The translations under genes were made by a program, and so were the position numbers. 64,000 nucleotides of DNA from a virus (taxonomy: Duplodnaviria > Caudoviricetes): IMG/VR virus record IMGVR_UViG_3300028549_000249, positions 1 through 64,000 of that record, one strand, 5' to 3'. The number at the start of each line of letters is the position of its first letter. Within the stretch, counting starts at the first letter, position 1. This document shows, one piece after another, positions 28,471 to 38,443 of this stretch. The notes beneath the pieces are model-generated. The model saw only the letters and a list, made by a program, of their open reading frames with translations, searched no databases and was not told where the DNA came from.

Positions 28471-31443
28471 ATGAATCAGAAAACGCACGGGAAAGTTAAT
28501 ATCTTGGAGGGCGCTAAAGGGACTGTCCTCGTGGTTGTGGACGCGCCACCATACAAGGCATACGAAACAGGGGCAGTGATGTCTAACCCAGCAATGAAGT
28601 TGTTCGGGTCAATGATCAAGCCGCTGGGTTTCGCTGCCGAGGACTTCACATTCATCACTCCGTGCCCTCCGGTGCCTGAGGAGTTTCAGAAGTCAGAATC
28701 GAAGATCGGAAAGTTCCTCGAAGAGCATCGCTCAGAGTTTCTAACAGTGGTGTCACACTACGCAGCCAAAGCCCGTGCCGTGGTGGTGATGGGTAAGTGC
28801 GGGAACCGTCAACTTGCGGGAAAGCCCACTCCGGTCACGAAGGTAAGAGGAACCCTAACGACTAGAACTGCCACTGGCAACCTTCCGGTCATTCCTCTGT
28901 TAGGCCCAGCTCACGTAATGACTAGACCAGAGAACAAAGAGCTGTTTGAGTCAGACGTCAGATTGATCGGTGCCCTCCGTGACTGTAATTGGTCCGCCGA
29001 CGAATACCGCTCTACTGGCGATACCACTGGCTATCAATGGTGCTTGGATCTGGCTCCGGTTATCGCGTCCAAGCCGAAGGGCATCGCTATCGACTGCGAG
29101 ACCGTCGGTCTGGATTGGCACAAAGAGGGGTTCAGGGTCCTAACACTTAGTATCACTACCTCAGCCGGTAACGCCTTCGTGGTCCCGCTTGACGCCGAAT
29201 ACTTCAACGACCCGAAACTCCGAGGTGAATCCAGCAAGCACCTGCCACTTTTGACCGATGGTCAAATCGCAAAACTCAAGAAGCAGGCTAAGACCCTCTT
29301 CAAGGATGCGGACGTTAGCGTGGTGGGGCACAACCTCAAATTCGACATTCACTGTCTTCACGCCATCGGACTTGAAGTCGAGAACTGGTATGCGGACACG
29401 ATGCAGCTCGCCTTCACGGTGGATGAGAACATGATGTCCAAGAGCCTCACGGAATGCACTCGTCGGTGGGTGCCTGCTCTTGCCGGGTACTCCGACCTCT
29501 TCGATGCAAACACCGACAAGGCAAACATGCAGACCGTCCCGCACGATGAGATGCTGGAGTATGCGGGAGGTGATACAGACGCCACCATTCGCCTCGCATC
29601 AATCCTCCTCAAAGAAGCCAAGCAGGACACCAAGAACTTCAATACGTTCCTGAAGGTGCAGATGCCGACGCTCCGCGCCTTTGTCGAAGTCGAACGCAAT
29701 GGTCTCCTCGTGGACAAGGAAGCTCTCAGATCATTCGAGGCCGAGTTAGACGTCATGGAGATCGAGCTTTACCATGAGTTGATTTCCCTCGTGCCAAAGA
29801 AGGTCCTAGCAAAGCACGAGAAGGGGTGGTCCTTCGGTTCCTCCGCATTCGTCCGCGACATCCTCTTCAGCAAAGACGGGTTCAACCTCAAACCTCTCGT
29901 CTTCACCAGCACCACGAAGCACCTCCCCTACTACGAGAGAATCCCTTCCACCTCCGCCAAGGACCACTTGCCCTTCTTCGAGGACAACGAGTTTGTCCAG
30001 AAGCTCATGCGATACTCTAAGCTCTCCAAGATGAAGAGCACGTATGTCGGATCTGAAGGGCGAAAGACGATCAAGAAATTCAACCGGACTGCGGGTGGTG
30101 TGGTCCCCGCTAGAATCCAGAACTACCTCAACCCCTACGGCATCGAATTGCCGATCAGCAAGTCCTTCCGAAGACGCCGCCCGTTAGAAGGACTAAAGAC
30201 TAAGTCTGGTCTCCCTCTCAATCTGCCGCTCACTATCAAAGTTTCGCTGAAACATGCGATCCGTGTCGATAAGTTCGGCAACATCGAAGAGCACCTCATC
30301 GACCCGCCGTCCGGCTTCTATCAGAACCTACGATACGGCAATACGATCCATGCATCGTTCCTCCTCCATGGCACAGTTACAGGACGCACATCTAGCAGAA
30401 ATCCTAACTTGCAGAACATCCCAAAGCGCGGAGAGCTTGCGAAGAAATTCAGGAAAATCTTCATCGCCCCTGAGGGCTACACTCTGTTAGAGGCTGACCT
30501 TAGCCAAGCGGAAATTCGAGTTGCCGGATGGATGGCAAACGACAAGGCGCTGATCGAAATCTACAAGAAGGGTGGTGACGTCCACTCTGCTACTGCGGCG
30601 GTTGTCATGGACATCTCTGAGGCGAAGTTCCTCAAAGGGCGGAAGGATGAAACCCCCCTGATGTCCGTCTTAAACGAATGGCCGGGAGCGGGAACATGGG
30701 TCAAGTCGTTCGGCAACAATGAGCGTCAAAAACTAACAGTCGCTCAGTTCTGCGACTTCAAACGCTATCAGGCTAAGGCTGTGAACTTCGGGTTCCTCTA
30801 TGGGATGGGAGTCCACGGGTTCCGTCGCTACGCGAAGATTGACTACGGCATCGATCTAACACTCGAAGAAGCAGAAGACATCCACAGCAAGTTCTTCGCC
30901 AAGTATTCGGGTCTCCGCGCATGGCATAAGGGCATGAAGGACTTTGTTGAGGCTAACAAATACGTCCGCTCGCTTCACGGTGCGCTACGCCGATTGCAGT
31001 CCGTGGATTCTGACGACGATGCGGTGCAGAGCGGTGCTGTTCGCCAAGCCGTGAACTCTCCAGTCCAACGCTTCGCCTCCGACCTCGGACTCATGGCTTT
31101 GCATCGTCTGGTGCGTGATGCTCCGAAGGATAAGATCAAGCCGATCATGTTCATCCACGACGCTATCGTGGTAGCCGTTCGTAATGACTATATCGAAGAG
31201 GGTGCAGCCGCTCTGAAGTATTACATGGAGTCGCCTCCACTCGAAGAATGGTTCGGCATCAAAGCCCCGTTTCCGATTGTTTCAGACGTCTCCTCCGGTG
31301 CTAACCTTGGAGCGATGGAAGAGAGTGAGGGCCTTGTAGCTAAGGCTCCGCCGTGGGCGTCCGCTGGAGAGTCAGAGCCGTCGCCCGCCCTTGCCGAGGC
31401 GTGGAGAAAGAAGAAGCGCAGGGGAATCATCCTAGCCGACTAA
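28471..31443 (+). CDS. polA: family A DNA polymerase with N-terminal UDG-fold domain and 3'-5' exonuclease
   Basis: IDCET/HNLKFD/YAGGD exonuclease motifs; GTVTGRTSSRNPNLQN, ADLSQAEIRV (A), AKAVNFGFLYG (B), FIHDA (C). Confidence 0.95.
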   Translation: MNQKTHGKVNILEGAKGTVLVVVDAPPYKAYETGAVMSNPAMKLFGSMIKPLGFAAEDFTFITPCPPVPEEFQKSESKIGKFLEEHRSEFLTVVSHYAAKARAVVVMGKCGNRQLAGKPTPVTKVRGTLTTRTATGNLPVIPLLGPAHVMTRPENKELFESDVRLIGALRDCNWSADEYRSTGDTTGYQWCLDLAPVIASKPKGIAIDCETVGLDWHKEGFRVLTLSITTSAGNAFVVPLDAEYFNDPKLRGESSKHLPLLTDGQIAKLKKQAKTLFKDADVSVVGHNLKFDIHCLHAIGLEVENWYADTMQLAFTVDENMMSKSLTECTRRWVPALAGYSDLFDANTDKANMQTVPHDEMLEYAGGDTDATIRLASILLKEAKQDTKNFNTFLKVQMPTLRAFVEVERNGLLVDKEALRSFEAELDVMEIELYHELISLVPKKVLAKHEKGWSFGSSAFVRDILFSKDGFNLKPLVFTSTTKHLPYYERIPSTSAKDHLPFFEDNEFVQKLMRYSKLSKMKSTYVGSEGRKTIKKFNRTAGGVVPARIQNYLNPYGIELPISKSFRRRRPLEGLKTKSGLPLNLPLTIKVSLKHAIRVDKFGNIEEHLIDPPSGFYQNLRYGNTIHASFLLHGTVTGRTSSRNPNLQNIPKRGELAKKFRKIFIAPEGYTLLEADLSQAEIRVAGWMANDKALIEIYKKGGDVHSATAAVVMDISEAKFLKGRKDETPLMSVLNEWPGAGTWVKSFGNNERQKLTVAQFCDFKRYQAKAVNFGFLYGMGVHGFRRYAKIDYGIDLTLEEAEDIHSKFFAKYSGLRAWHKGMKDFVEANKYVRSLHGALRRLQSVDSDDDAVQSGAVRQAVNSPVQRFASDLGLMALHRLVRDAPKDKIKPIMFIHDAIVVAVRNDYIEEGAAALKYYMESPPLEEWFGIKAPFPIVSDVSSGANLGAMEESEGLVAKAPPWASAGESEPSPALAEAWRKKKRRGIILAD

Positions 31444-31569
31444 ATTTGAACGTCGGTCAAAACAATCATCTAGTCGTAAAATAATCCTTGCAAAGGTTTC
31501 GCAGCTACGATACAGTAGATCATCGGTTGGGGATTCCCGCCGAAAATCAAACATCAATCCGCATCACCC

Positions 31570-32106
31570 ATGGCCACTAAACGCCTCATCACCCACGCTG
31601 ATAACGCAAGTAATTCAGCACCACCTGTCCGCAAGCGCACTCGCCTGATTGAAGGCGGCTCCGCCCCTACGGGCAAGGCAACTACCAAGACCGCCTCAGT
31701 AGTAGCTAAGTCGATCGAAGCTACTCCAGTCATGCGAGAGCTTGCCACCTCTCACTTCTTCGCCAACGAAGAGGCTAACAAGCAGGCTGGTATTGCCAAG
31801 AAAGCACGGACTGAGCTATTCGCCGAGATGCTCAAAGTCGGGATCAAAGCGTTCACCGCCCCTGTCGAAGTCATTTCCAAGGCTGGCAAGATGAACCTCG
31901 TCTTGAAGGCTGAGATTGCTGCCGGACGGAATACGACTGTCATTGACACCGATAAGCTCCGCGCCCTCGTGGACGAGGCTACGTTCCTCAAGATCGTTAA
32001 GGCAACCGTGACCGATGTCACCAAGTTCGCAGGGACCGAAATCGTGGCACAATGCGGCGTCACCGTCGCAGGGGCCGAGAACGTGTCAGTCAAGCCCGCC
32101 AAGTAA
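31570..32106 (+). CDS. hypothetical protein (N-terminal VRKRTRLIE)
   Basis: Own promoter at 31488; followed by a hairpin at ~32113-32132. Confidence 0.7.
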   Translation: MATKRLITHADNASNSAPPVRKRTRLIEGGSAPTGKATTKTASVVAKSIEATPVMRELATSHFFANEEANKQAGIAKKARTELFAEMLKVGIKAFTAPVEVISKAGKMNLVLKAEIAAGRNTTVIDTDKLRALVDEATFLKIVKATVTDVTKFAGTEIVAQCGVTVAGAENVSVKPAK

Positions 32107-32144
32107 ACCTAACCGGAGGTTCAACCCCTCCGCCACCTATACTT

Positions 32145-32870
32145 ATGTTAGACCTAACTCTCGAAACCATCCTCGAATCCATCCTCACCCCAAGGACCTA
32201 CAGTGTAGCTCCTGATGCGTGCGCCCGTGCAACCGTCGCTATCGACACCAGCCTAAACACATGCTCGAAGTCGTGCTCGTGCTGTGACTCCACTGCCGTT
32301 TGCTTGAAGACCGTTCGCAGCCTTGCTCAGTTCGCGTGCGAGGGTCCGCTTGTCGATTCCGAGCTGCACGGCTACAAACATTGGATGAGTGTCTACCGCA
32401 ATGCGGTGATGGTTGCCGAGGTCGCAGGTCTCCACACGTTCAGCCCCTACGCCGCAGAGGTCTCCCCTGATCTCGACTTTACCGCCGTGGCAATCCTGTT
32501 CGCGCTCTTCCACGACTGCCGACGCAACGATGATGGTCATGATGTCACCCATGGAGCGTTCGGCGCTCACGCCCTGCTCTCTTATGTCAACAGCGGTAAG
32601 CTGGAGTTTACTGATGAGGTGATGGCAGCGGTGATGGCGTGCTCCGCGCATACCGTAGTCGAAACCCCAGCCTCCGACCTTGGATTCACTGGAACTGAGT
32701 GGCTCGACAATCCTCTGATTACAGCCGCCGTAGGGATGTGCTTGGATGCTGACCGCATCGATCTTCGCCGCCTAGGGATCGAACCCAACCCTCGTTTCCT
32801 CTACCATAAGGCAGCCACCCTGTCCGTCTATTCAACTCTAACAAAGAACGAACCTATCTGTGGATTCTGA
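32145..32870 (+). CDS. HD-domain phosphohydrolase
   Basis: HGYKHW, ALFHDCRR.DDG.D..HG, CLDADRIDLRRLG. Confidence 0.8.
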   Translation: MLDLTLETILESILTPRTYSVAPDACARATVAIDTSLNTCSKSCSCCDSTAVCLKTVRSLAQFACEGPLVDSELHGYKHWMSVYRNAVMVAEVAGLHTFSPYAAEVSPDLDFTAVAILFALFHDCRRNDDGHDVTHGAFGAHALLSYVNSGKLEFTDEVMAAVMACSAHTVVETPASDLGFTGTEWLDNPLITAAVGMCLDADRIDLRRLGIEPNPRFLYHKAATLSVYSTLTKNEPICGF

Positions 32871-33138
32871 GCCGTCAAGTGAGCCTTCAACCGAACTGGT
32901 GCTGTGTGGTCTGTCGGACGATTGCGATGGTGACCCAAGCCGAGTCTATCTGGTCCGTCCGATCTTCCTTAGAGCGGACAACGATAAGTCCTTCGTTGGC
33001 GGTGGTCTCAGCTTTGTGTCATGCTGTGTCGGCAACGTCGCAGCCGACTGTCACCTTGCATGGCAGCCCTTGTTTGAGAATTGCACGGGGTTTATGATTC
33101 GAGAAGTAACTGAAGACGTAGCCACATTACCGAAATGA
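32860..33138 (+). CDS. hypothetical protein
   Basis: Short ORF overlapping both neighbours. Confidence 0.45.
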   Translation: MDSEPSSEPSTELVLCGLSDDCDGDPSRVYLVRPIFLRADNDKSFVGGGLSFVSCCVGNVAADCHLAWQPLFENCTGFMIREVTEDVATLPK

Positions 33139-33524
33139 AAAAGCAAACTATAATCGCGCCTGAGGATGGGTGGAAGCCTAACTCCTTGTATCTCGTGGAC
33201 GTTAGCTACAACCCTAACAATCCAGTCCACCGCTCCTACCTCTACACTGGATTCCTGAACGGGAAGGATGGAGGTCCGGGAGGCTATCACTCTATCTGGA
33301 ATGCGTCTTACGATCCACTCAAGATCGAGGATGCTTACTTCCTTCGTGCCGTCCGGCTGATCTCCGAGAACGAACTGGTGGGTGGTGAGTGCCGCCTTCC
33401 CGATGACGTCATTGCCGAGATTGAGCATTTCAAGGTCGCTGAATGGGAGTGTGACAAGTGCGGGACCACCAACGGGCCAGTAGAGAAGCTGTGCCATCAA
33501 TGCGAGGAACCAAGGAATGACTGA
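33135..33524 (+). CDS. hypothetical protein with C-terminal RanBP2-type zinc finger
   Basis: WECDKCGTTNGPVEKLCHQC = W-x-C-x2-C-x3-N-x6-C-x2-C. Confidence 0.65.
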   Translation: MKKQTIIAPEDGWKPNSLYLVDVSYNPNNPVHRSYLYTGFLNGKDGGPGGYHSIWNASYDPLKIEDAYFLRAVRLISENELVGGECRLPDDVIAEIEHFKVAEWECDKCGTTNGPVEKLCHQCEEPRND

Positions 33525-34536
33525 AGGCAAACTACGCAAGCTGCTCAGTGAGTTGGGCGTCGAGGTAACTCATAAGAACCGCAAGGGCTGGCTTCTGTCG
33601 AAGTGCCCTTTTGCCGAGTTCACTCATGAGTTCGGGACTGATAGAAATCCGTCCTTCAACATAAAGACGAACGACGAAGGGTATTCTGGATTCAAGTGCT
33701 TCACTTGTAAGCAGAAGGGAAACCTATCAACTCTGATCAATAAGCTCGGTGATTTCCGAGGCAGGGATTACTCGAAGCTGGCGATTCGTGCGATGCTCGA
33801 AGAGACTCCAGTTGACTTCAAGGACTTTGACGAATCGCGTGAGGAGGCGGCGTGGTCGGATGAGATAAGCTCAATCGACTCTAGCATCTATCTGAAGATG
33901 TATCCGTCCGTATGGGATGACAAGCGCAGCCGCTCCTACCTAGAAGGGCGCGGGATCTCTCAGCGGACTGTCGATCTACTGGACCTACGCTTCGACTCAG
34001 AGCAACTCCGCGTGCTCTTTCCTGTGTATGGGTATGACCGCGCACTCTATGGGTTCACTGGCCGGACCATCCTCGACAAGGAGGATTACCCCTCGCCTAA
34101 GTATCCTAAGGTGAAGGACTACGCAGGGCTGAAGAAGGATTCGCTGATCCTAGGGGAACACCTGATAGACCCAAGCAAACCGATCCTGCTAGTCGAGGGC
34201 CTGTTCGCTTTAGCTCACACGATTGAGATTGGCTGCCGTGAGTTTTGCAATCCGGTTGCCAGTATGGGCAGCTTTCTATCAGACCTACAGCGTGACATCA
34301 TCGTGGACTATGACCAGTCGGTGTTTGTCCTGTATGACGATGATCTAGCAGGGCACGAAGGTATGTTCGGTGCCATCGAAGATGGGTATCACAATGGCGA
34401 GGGTGCTCTGGAGCATCTGCGTCCTCATGTCCCCACCTTCCAGTGCCTATACCCTGAAGACATTCACGACCCAGACAAACTCAACAAAAGTCACGTAAAA
34501 TCAATGGTCGTAGGTAATCTCAACGAGCAAGTATGA
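33517..34536 (+). CDS. dnaG: DNA primase (Zn-binding + TOPRIM)
   Basis: CPF...H...DRNPSF...FKCFTC; LLVEGLF; LYDDDLAG. Confidence 0.88.
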   Translation: MTEGKLRKLLSELGVEVTHKNRKGWLLSKCPFAEFTHEFGTDRNPSFNIKTNDEGYSGFKCFTCKQKGNLSTLINKLGDFRGRDYSKLAIRAMLEETPVDFKDFDESREEAAWSDEISSIDSSIYLKMYPSVWDDKRSRSYLEGRGISQRTVDLLDLRFDSEQLRVLFPVYGYDRALYGFTGRTILDKEDYPSPKYPKVKDYAGLKKDSLILGEHLIDPSKPILLVEGLFALAHTIEIGCREFCNPVASMGSFLSDLQRDIIVDYDQSVFVLYDDDLAGHEGMFGAIEDGYHNGEGALEHLRPHVPTFQCLYPEDIHDPDKLNKSHVKSMVVGNLNEQV

Positions 34537-34682
34537 TTATATGATTGCAAAGGACCCTCCACTATGTATTCTCACTCAGTCTGGGTTCGCCTTGACGAAT
34601 TTGACCGTCGGTCAAAACACTCTCCATACGGGGAAAATAGCCCATTACGGGTAAACCAAATAACAAATAATACTACACTACC

Positions 34683-35648
34683 ATGGCTACTAAACGTAGA
34701 GCAATGCAGGCATCTGATGATGCACCACCGCAGTCCAACCGTCGGGTCGATAAGATGTTCGATGAGGAGGACAAGAAGGCCGAAAAGAAAGCACAGCAAG
34801 GCTACATGCCGCTGCGTGTGTGGCAAAAGCGCAAGGAGCAACTTGAGGTGATTGTCCTCGACAGCTCACTTGAGGATGCGTTCGCAATCCGCGAGCATAA
34901 CATCCAAGGCAGTGATGGCAACTGGGGCAACTTTGAACGATGCGCTGCCGAGTCAGGCGAAGCATGCGCGTGCTGTAAGAAGTTCGGTGACACCGCATAC
35001 GCCGTCCTGTTTCTAACCGTTCTGGTTCTCAAGGAGTGGACCTCCAAGAAGACTAACGAGAAACACGCCTACTCGAAGATGCTTCTCCCAATGAAGCGCG
35101 GACAGTTCAAGACATGGCGTAAGCTGGAGCAAATCGCACTCAAGAAACATGGCACCATGCGTGGCATGTATCTGATCCTTGAGCGTGAGGATGACCCTCA
35201 GTCGGTCGCTACTGGCGTTCCGGTTCCTCTGGACGATGGCACTGCCTTCGACCTCTACGACGAGGATGCCCTTGTCGAGGAGTTCGGTCACGGCGTGGTC
35301 AAAAACCGCGAGGGCAAGGTGATCAAGAAAGAGAACGAGGACATCGAAGTCTTCAACTACAAGAAGCTCTTTCCTGAGCCAGATCCGGCTGAGTTGCGTC
35401 AACGCTACGGCGTTGCGCCTGAGGCTGGTTCAAAGCAGTCTAACGCTGAGGCGTTCAAGGACGATCAAGACGATGATGAAATCCCTATGGAGCACAAGGC
35501 TTCCGAGCCTGCTGAGTCTCCAGGAGTTCGCCGTCGCCTCCGTAAAGCCGAGAGTGCTCCTGAGCCTTCCGGCCCTGTTCGCCGCCGCAAACGTCAGGAA
35601 ACTGTCGTAGAGGATGAGTATACCGAGGACGATATTCCTTTTAAGTAA
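34683..35648 (+). CDS. single-stranded DNA-binding protein (gp32-like)
   Basis: Zn-binding C..CC region; acidic tail ending EDEYTEDDIPFK; in the replication cluster. Confidence 0.7.
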   Translation: MATKRRAMQASDDAPPQSNRRVDKMFDEEDKKAEKKAQQGYMPLRVWQKRKEQLEVIVLDSSLEDAFAIREHNIQGSDGNWGNFERCAAESGEACACCKKFGDTAYAVLFLTVLVLKEWTSKKTNEKHAYSKMLLPMKRGQFKTWRKLEQIALKKHGTMRGMYLILEREDDPQSVATGVPVPLDDGTAFDLYDEDALVEEFGHGVVKNREGKVIKKENEDIEVFNYKKLFPEPDPAELRQRYGVAPEAGSKQSNAEAFKDDQDDDEIPMEHKASEPAESPGVRRRLRKAESAPEPSGPVRRRKRQETVVEDEYTEDDIPFK

Positions 35649-35669
35649 ACCGCCTTGGTCCTGAGTAGC

Positions 35670-36131
35670 ATGAAAACTTGTTTCAAGTGTCAAAATAGCA
35701 AACCTCTTTCTGAGTTCTATACTCATAAGCGGATGGTGGACGGCCATTTGAATAAGTGTAAGACATGTACCAAGGCGAACACCATGAGGGATAAGGAGCG
35801 AAACTCTTCTGATCCCGAGTGGGTTGAAAAGGAATACGCTAGGATGAGGGAGAAGTCGCGCCGTGCTCGTGAAAGCGGAACGGCTTCTCCTTCTGATCCT
35901 CAGGCTTCTGCTAGGTGGCGACAGAGGAACAGGGAGAAGGCTAGGGCACATAACCTAGTTGCAAAGGCTATAGCCTCCGGTGAACTGATAGCCGAACCGT
36001 GTTGCGTCTGCGGCGAGAAGGCTCAAGCCCACCACGAGGATCATACAAAACCCCTTGAGGTGATCTGGTATTGTGTGACTCATCACTCCGCACATCATGT
36101 AGGGGTTAGAAAACAACAAAGAAAACAATAA
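35670..36131 (+). CDS. HNH-type endonuclease
   Basis: CFKC..KPLSEFY...DGHLNKCKTC; CCVCG...AHHEDHTKPLEVIWYC..HH. Confidence 0.75.
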   Translation: MKTCFKCQNSKPLSEFYTHKRMVDGHLNKCKTCTKANTMRDKERNSSDPEWVEKEYARMREKSRRARESGTASPSDPQASARWRQRNREKARAHNLVAKAIASGELIAEPCCVCGEKAQAHHEDHTKPLEVIWYCVTHHSAHHVGVRKQQRKQ

Positions 36132-36136
36132 GGGCA

Positions 36137-37555
36137 ATGGCAACTATCGATTCACTGGTATGGGTTCGCAGAGATGAAATCAAAGCGAGCGCATGGCCTA
36201 TCATTGAGAAGGAGTTGCTCATTGTCCCGAAACCTCGTGCCACCTGCGCTTTCGAGTATGTCGATGGTGTAAAAAAGAAGGTGTGGCGCGAGGAGGAGAC
36301 CGGAGGCCCGATTAACACTTTGGTTGAACGTGACGGACTCTACGGAATCCCTATCAACTATGCCATCCATACCTTAGGGCTGGACCCTGAAGATGGCACC
36401 TCTCTGGGTCAGAAGGCGACTGTGGCGCGTCTTCCCGACCCCCACCACCCATCGGCTCCACCTAATCAGGCAAAGTTCTTCCGAGACGTCCTTGAGGGTG
36501 TGATGGATTACGACGTAATACTCGCCTGCGCCCCTACCGGATCTGGTAAAACCGTTACCGTCCTGAATGCCGCTGGCACTCTACAACGGACCACACTGAT
36601 CGTGGTCCCTAACACTTTACTTGCAAACCAGTGGGTAAAGGAAATCAAGCTCCACCTTGGCCTTAACCCACGACACATCGGTTACATCGGCGGTGGTCGT
36701 GAACAGTGGGAGGGTAGGCGCTACGTGGTGGCAATCATCCACAACCTATTTCAACGGGAGTTCCCCGCTGAGTTTTACCGCTACTTTGGGTTCGTCGCAT
36801 GGGATGAAGGCCACACGTTAGGCGCTCCTGAGTTCAGCAAGACGATGACCATGTTCCCCGCACGGTATAAGATTTCAGTCTCAGCAACTCCGGGACGTAA
36901 GGACGGACTCGACACACTGCTCTGGAATTACTTCGGACATCCGCGAGCCGTAGCCACCGCGCCTGCACTCGCCACGACATGCTGGAGGGTCCCCTTCCCG
37001 ATCATAGGCGTGCCGAAGTGGATTGAGATGTGCAGGAATGACGTCAAGCCTATGAAGTGGCTGTCGCAGCTAAAGGTTAGAAACGATTTACTCGTTCGCA
37101 CGCTGATCTTCCTCTACAAGCGTGGCTACAGCGTGATTGCGATGTCCAAGTTCATCGACCATGTAGAGGTGATCCAGAAGATGCTCATAGCCGCTGGGGT
37201 CCCCGCTGATCACATTGGACAAATGACCCGCACCCAAGGCAAAAACTCTGTTAAGGTCGGTCAGGCTTACCTCGATTCCATGGTGGAGCGTCCCATTCTG
37301 TTAGGCACTTACTCCATGCTGAAGGTCGGATTCGATGACCCTAAACGCGATGCGGGAGTGGAGTTACTCCCTGTAGGCGACAACATTCAAGGCATAGGCC
37401 GTGTCCGTCGCCCGTGCGCAGGAAAGAAAAAACCTTTGTGGTTCACCATTGAAGACTTGAACATTCCTTTGTTCGAGAGATACTCCAAGTCACGCCTCCG
37501 TGGATTTGCGGGCGCGAATGTAGAATTGAAAATACTAAAGGAAGGATCGATATGA
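36137..37555 (+). CDS. SF2 helicase (UvsW/ResIII-like)
   Basis: APTGSGKT, WDEGH, SATP.RKDG, QGIGRVRR. Confidence 0.9.
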   Translation: MATIDSLVWVRRDEIKASAWPIIEKELLIVPKPRATCAFEYVDGVKKKVWREEETGGPINTLVERDGLYGIPINYAIHTLGLDPEDGTSLGQKATVARLPDPHHPSAPPNQAKFFRDVLEGVMDYDVILACAPTGSGKTVTVLNAAGTLQRTTLIVVPNTLLANQWVKEIKLHLGLNPRHIGYIGGGREQWEGRRYVVAIIHNLFQREFPAEFYRYFGFVAWDEGHTLGAPEFSKTMTMFPARYKISVSATPGRKDGLDTLLWNYFGHPRAVATAPALATTCWRVPFPIIGVPKWIEMCRNDVKPMKWLSQLKVRNDLLVRTLIFLYKRGYSVIAMSKFIDHVEVIQKMLIAAGVPADHIGQMTRTQGKNSVKVGQAYLDSMVERPILLGTYSMLKVGFDDPKRDAGVELLPVGDNIQGIGRVRRPCAGKKKPLWFTIEDLNIPLFERYSKSRLRGFAGANVELKILKEGSI

Positions 37556-38088
37556 ATACGAAACAAGGACGACCACGAGTCTACAAGACGGATAAGGAGC
37601 GCGATGCCGCTCGACGTTTACGCGATGCACAATACCAAAAGGAGTATCTGGCTGTTAGGCGCAAGCGTTACCAAGAGGACCCTGAATACCGCAAGTGTGT
37701 GATTGAGCGCGAACGTCGCTCCTACCGCAAACGGAATCCAGAGTCGCCTTCCCGTCGTTTCGGAGCGAATGCTGGGAAGGCTAACAGCTTTGCCTCGACC
37801 TACAGGGTCAAGGGTTCAAGGACCGCAGTCCGCGCCCTCACCATCACTCAGATGGCTGAGTTCCTCGGTGTGACTTCCAAGGTCCTCAACAACTGGATCT
37901 CTTGCAACAGGTTCCCTCGACCCTCGATGCAGGGCGATCCCGAACCAATACGCCTATTCTCCGTTCCCTTGGCTAACGAATTAGCAAAGCTCATGGCTGA
38001 CGGCCTGAAGCATCGCTTCTCATTCCGTGAAACGGATACCGATCTCATTGTGAAGCTACACGCAACAAAGAACAGACAGAAAGAATAA
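37552..38088 (+). CDS. HTH DNA-binding protein (AlpA/excisionase-like)
   Basis: LTITQMAEFLGVTSKVLNNWISCNRFPRP; basic N-terminal helix. Confidence 0.7.
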   Translation: MNTKQGRPRVYKTDKERDAARRLRDAQYQKEYLAVRRKRYQEDPEYRKCVIERERRSYRKRNPESPSRRFGANAGKANSFASTYRVKGSRTAVRALTITQMAEFLGVTSKVLNNWISCNRFPRPSMQGDPEPIRLFSVPLANELAKLMADGLKHRFSFRETDTDLIVKLHATKNRQKE

Positions 38089-38094
38089 CCTAAC

Positions 38095-38439
38095 ATGAAT
38101 CCAATACGCAAACGGGCTCGTGCCACTGGAGCACGGGGCACTATCTCATCGTCTCGAACCGTCAAGAAAGATGGAGAGTCGAAGGAGAAGGTAACTGAAA
38201 CCAGCAAGGAAATCACTACTCGACTTCCTGTATCGGACCCCGCCTACGTTCGCGTGGACGGTGGTATCACCAAGAATCTAGGGGACTACAACTCAGCCAA
38301 GATTGGTGTGTCTGTGTCCCTCCCTTGCCTCCCAGACGAGAAGTCAATTCGTGAGTGCTATGCGAAGGCGTCCGCCCTTGTCGATGAGTTCATGGATGAG
38401 GAGTATAAGGCAGCAATCGGCGAAACCAGTAAAGACTAA
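38095..38439 (+). CDS. conserved phage hypothetical protein (N-terminal IRKRAR)
   Basis: TKNLGDYNSAKIGVSVSLP motif, of a kind seen near phage recombination genes. Confidence 0.6.
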   Translation: MNPIRKRARATGARGTISSSRTVKKDGESKEKVTETSKEITTRLPVSDPAYVRVDGGITKNLGDYNSAKIGVSVSLPCLPDEKSIRECYAKASALVDEFMDEEYKAAIGETSKD

Positions 38440-38443
38440 CATC

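Noticed and set aside
32113-32132. Intrinsic terminator after gene 31570
   Set aside because: A CGGAGG/CCTCCG stem is present but has no U-tract; kept only as a possible RNA stability hairpin
35959-35967. TTGCAAAGG inside the HNH gene as a promoter
   Set aside because: No -10-like hexamer at 16-18 bp; intragenic
37552-38088. Lysogeny/integration module implied by the AlpA/Xis-like HTH
   Set aside because: No integrase, divergent repressor switch or att site in the window; one could still lie outside it
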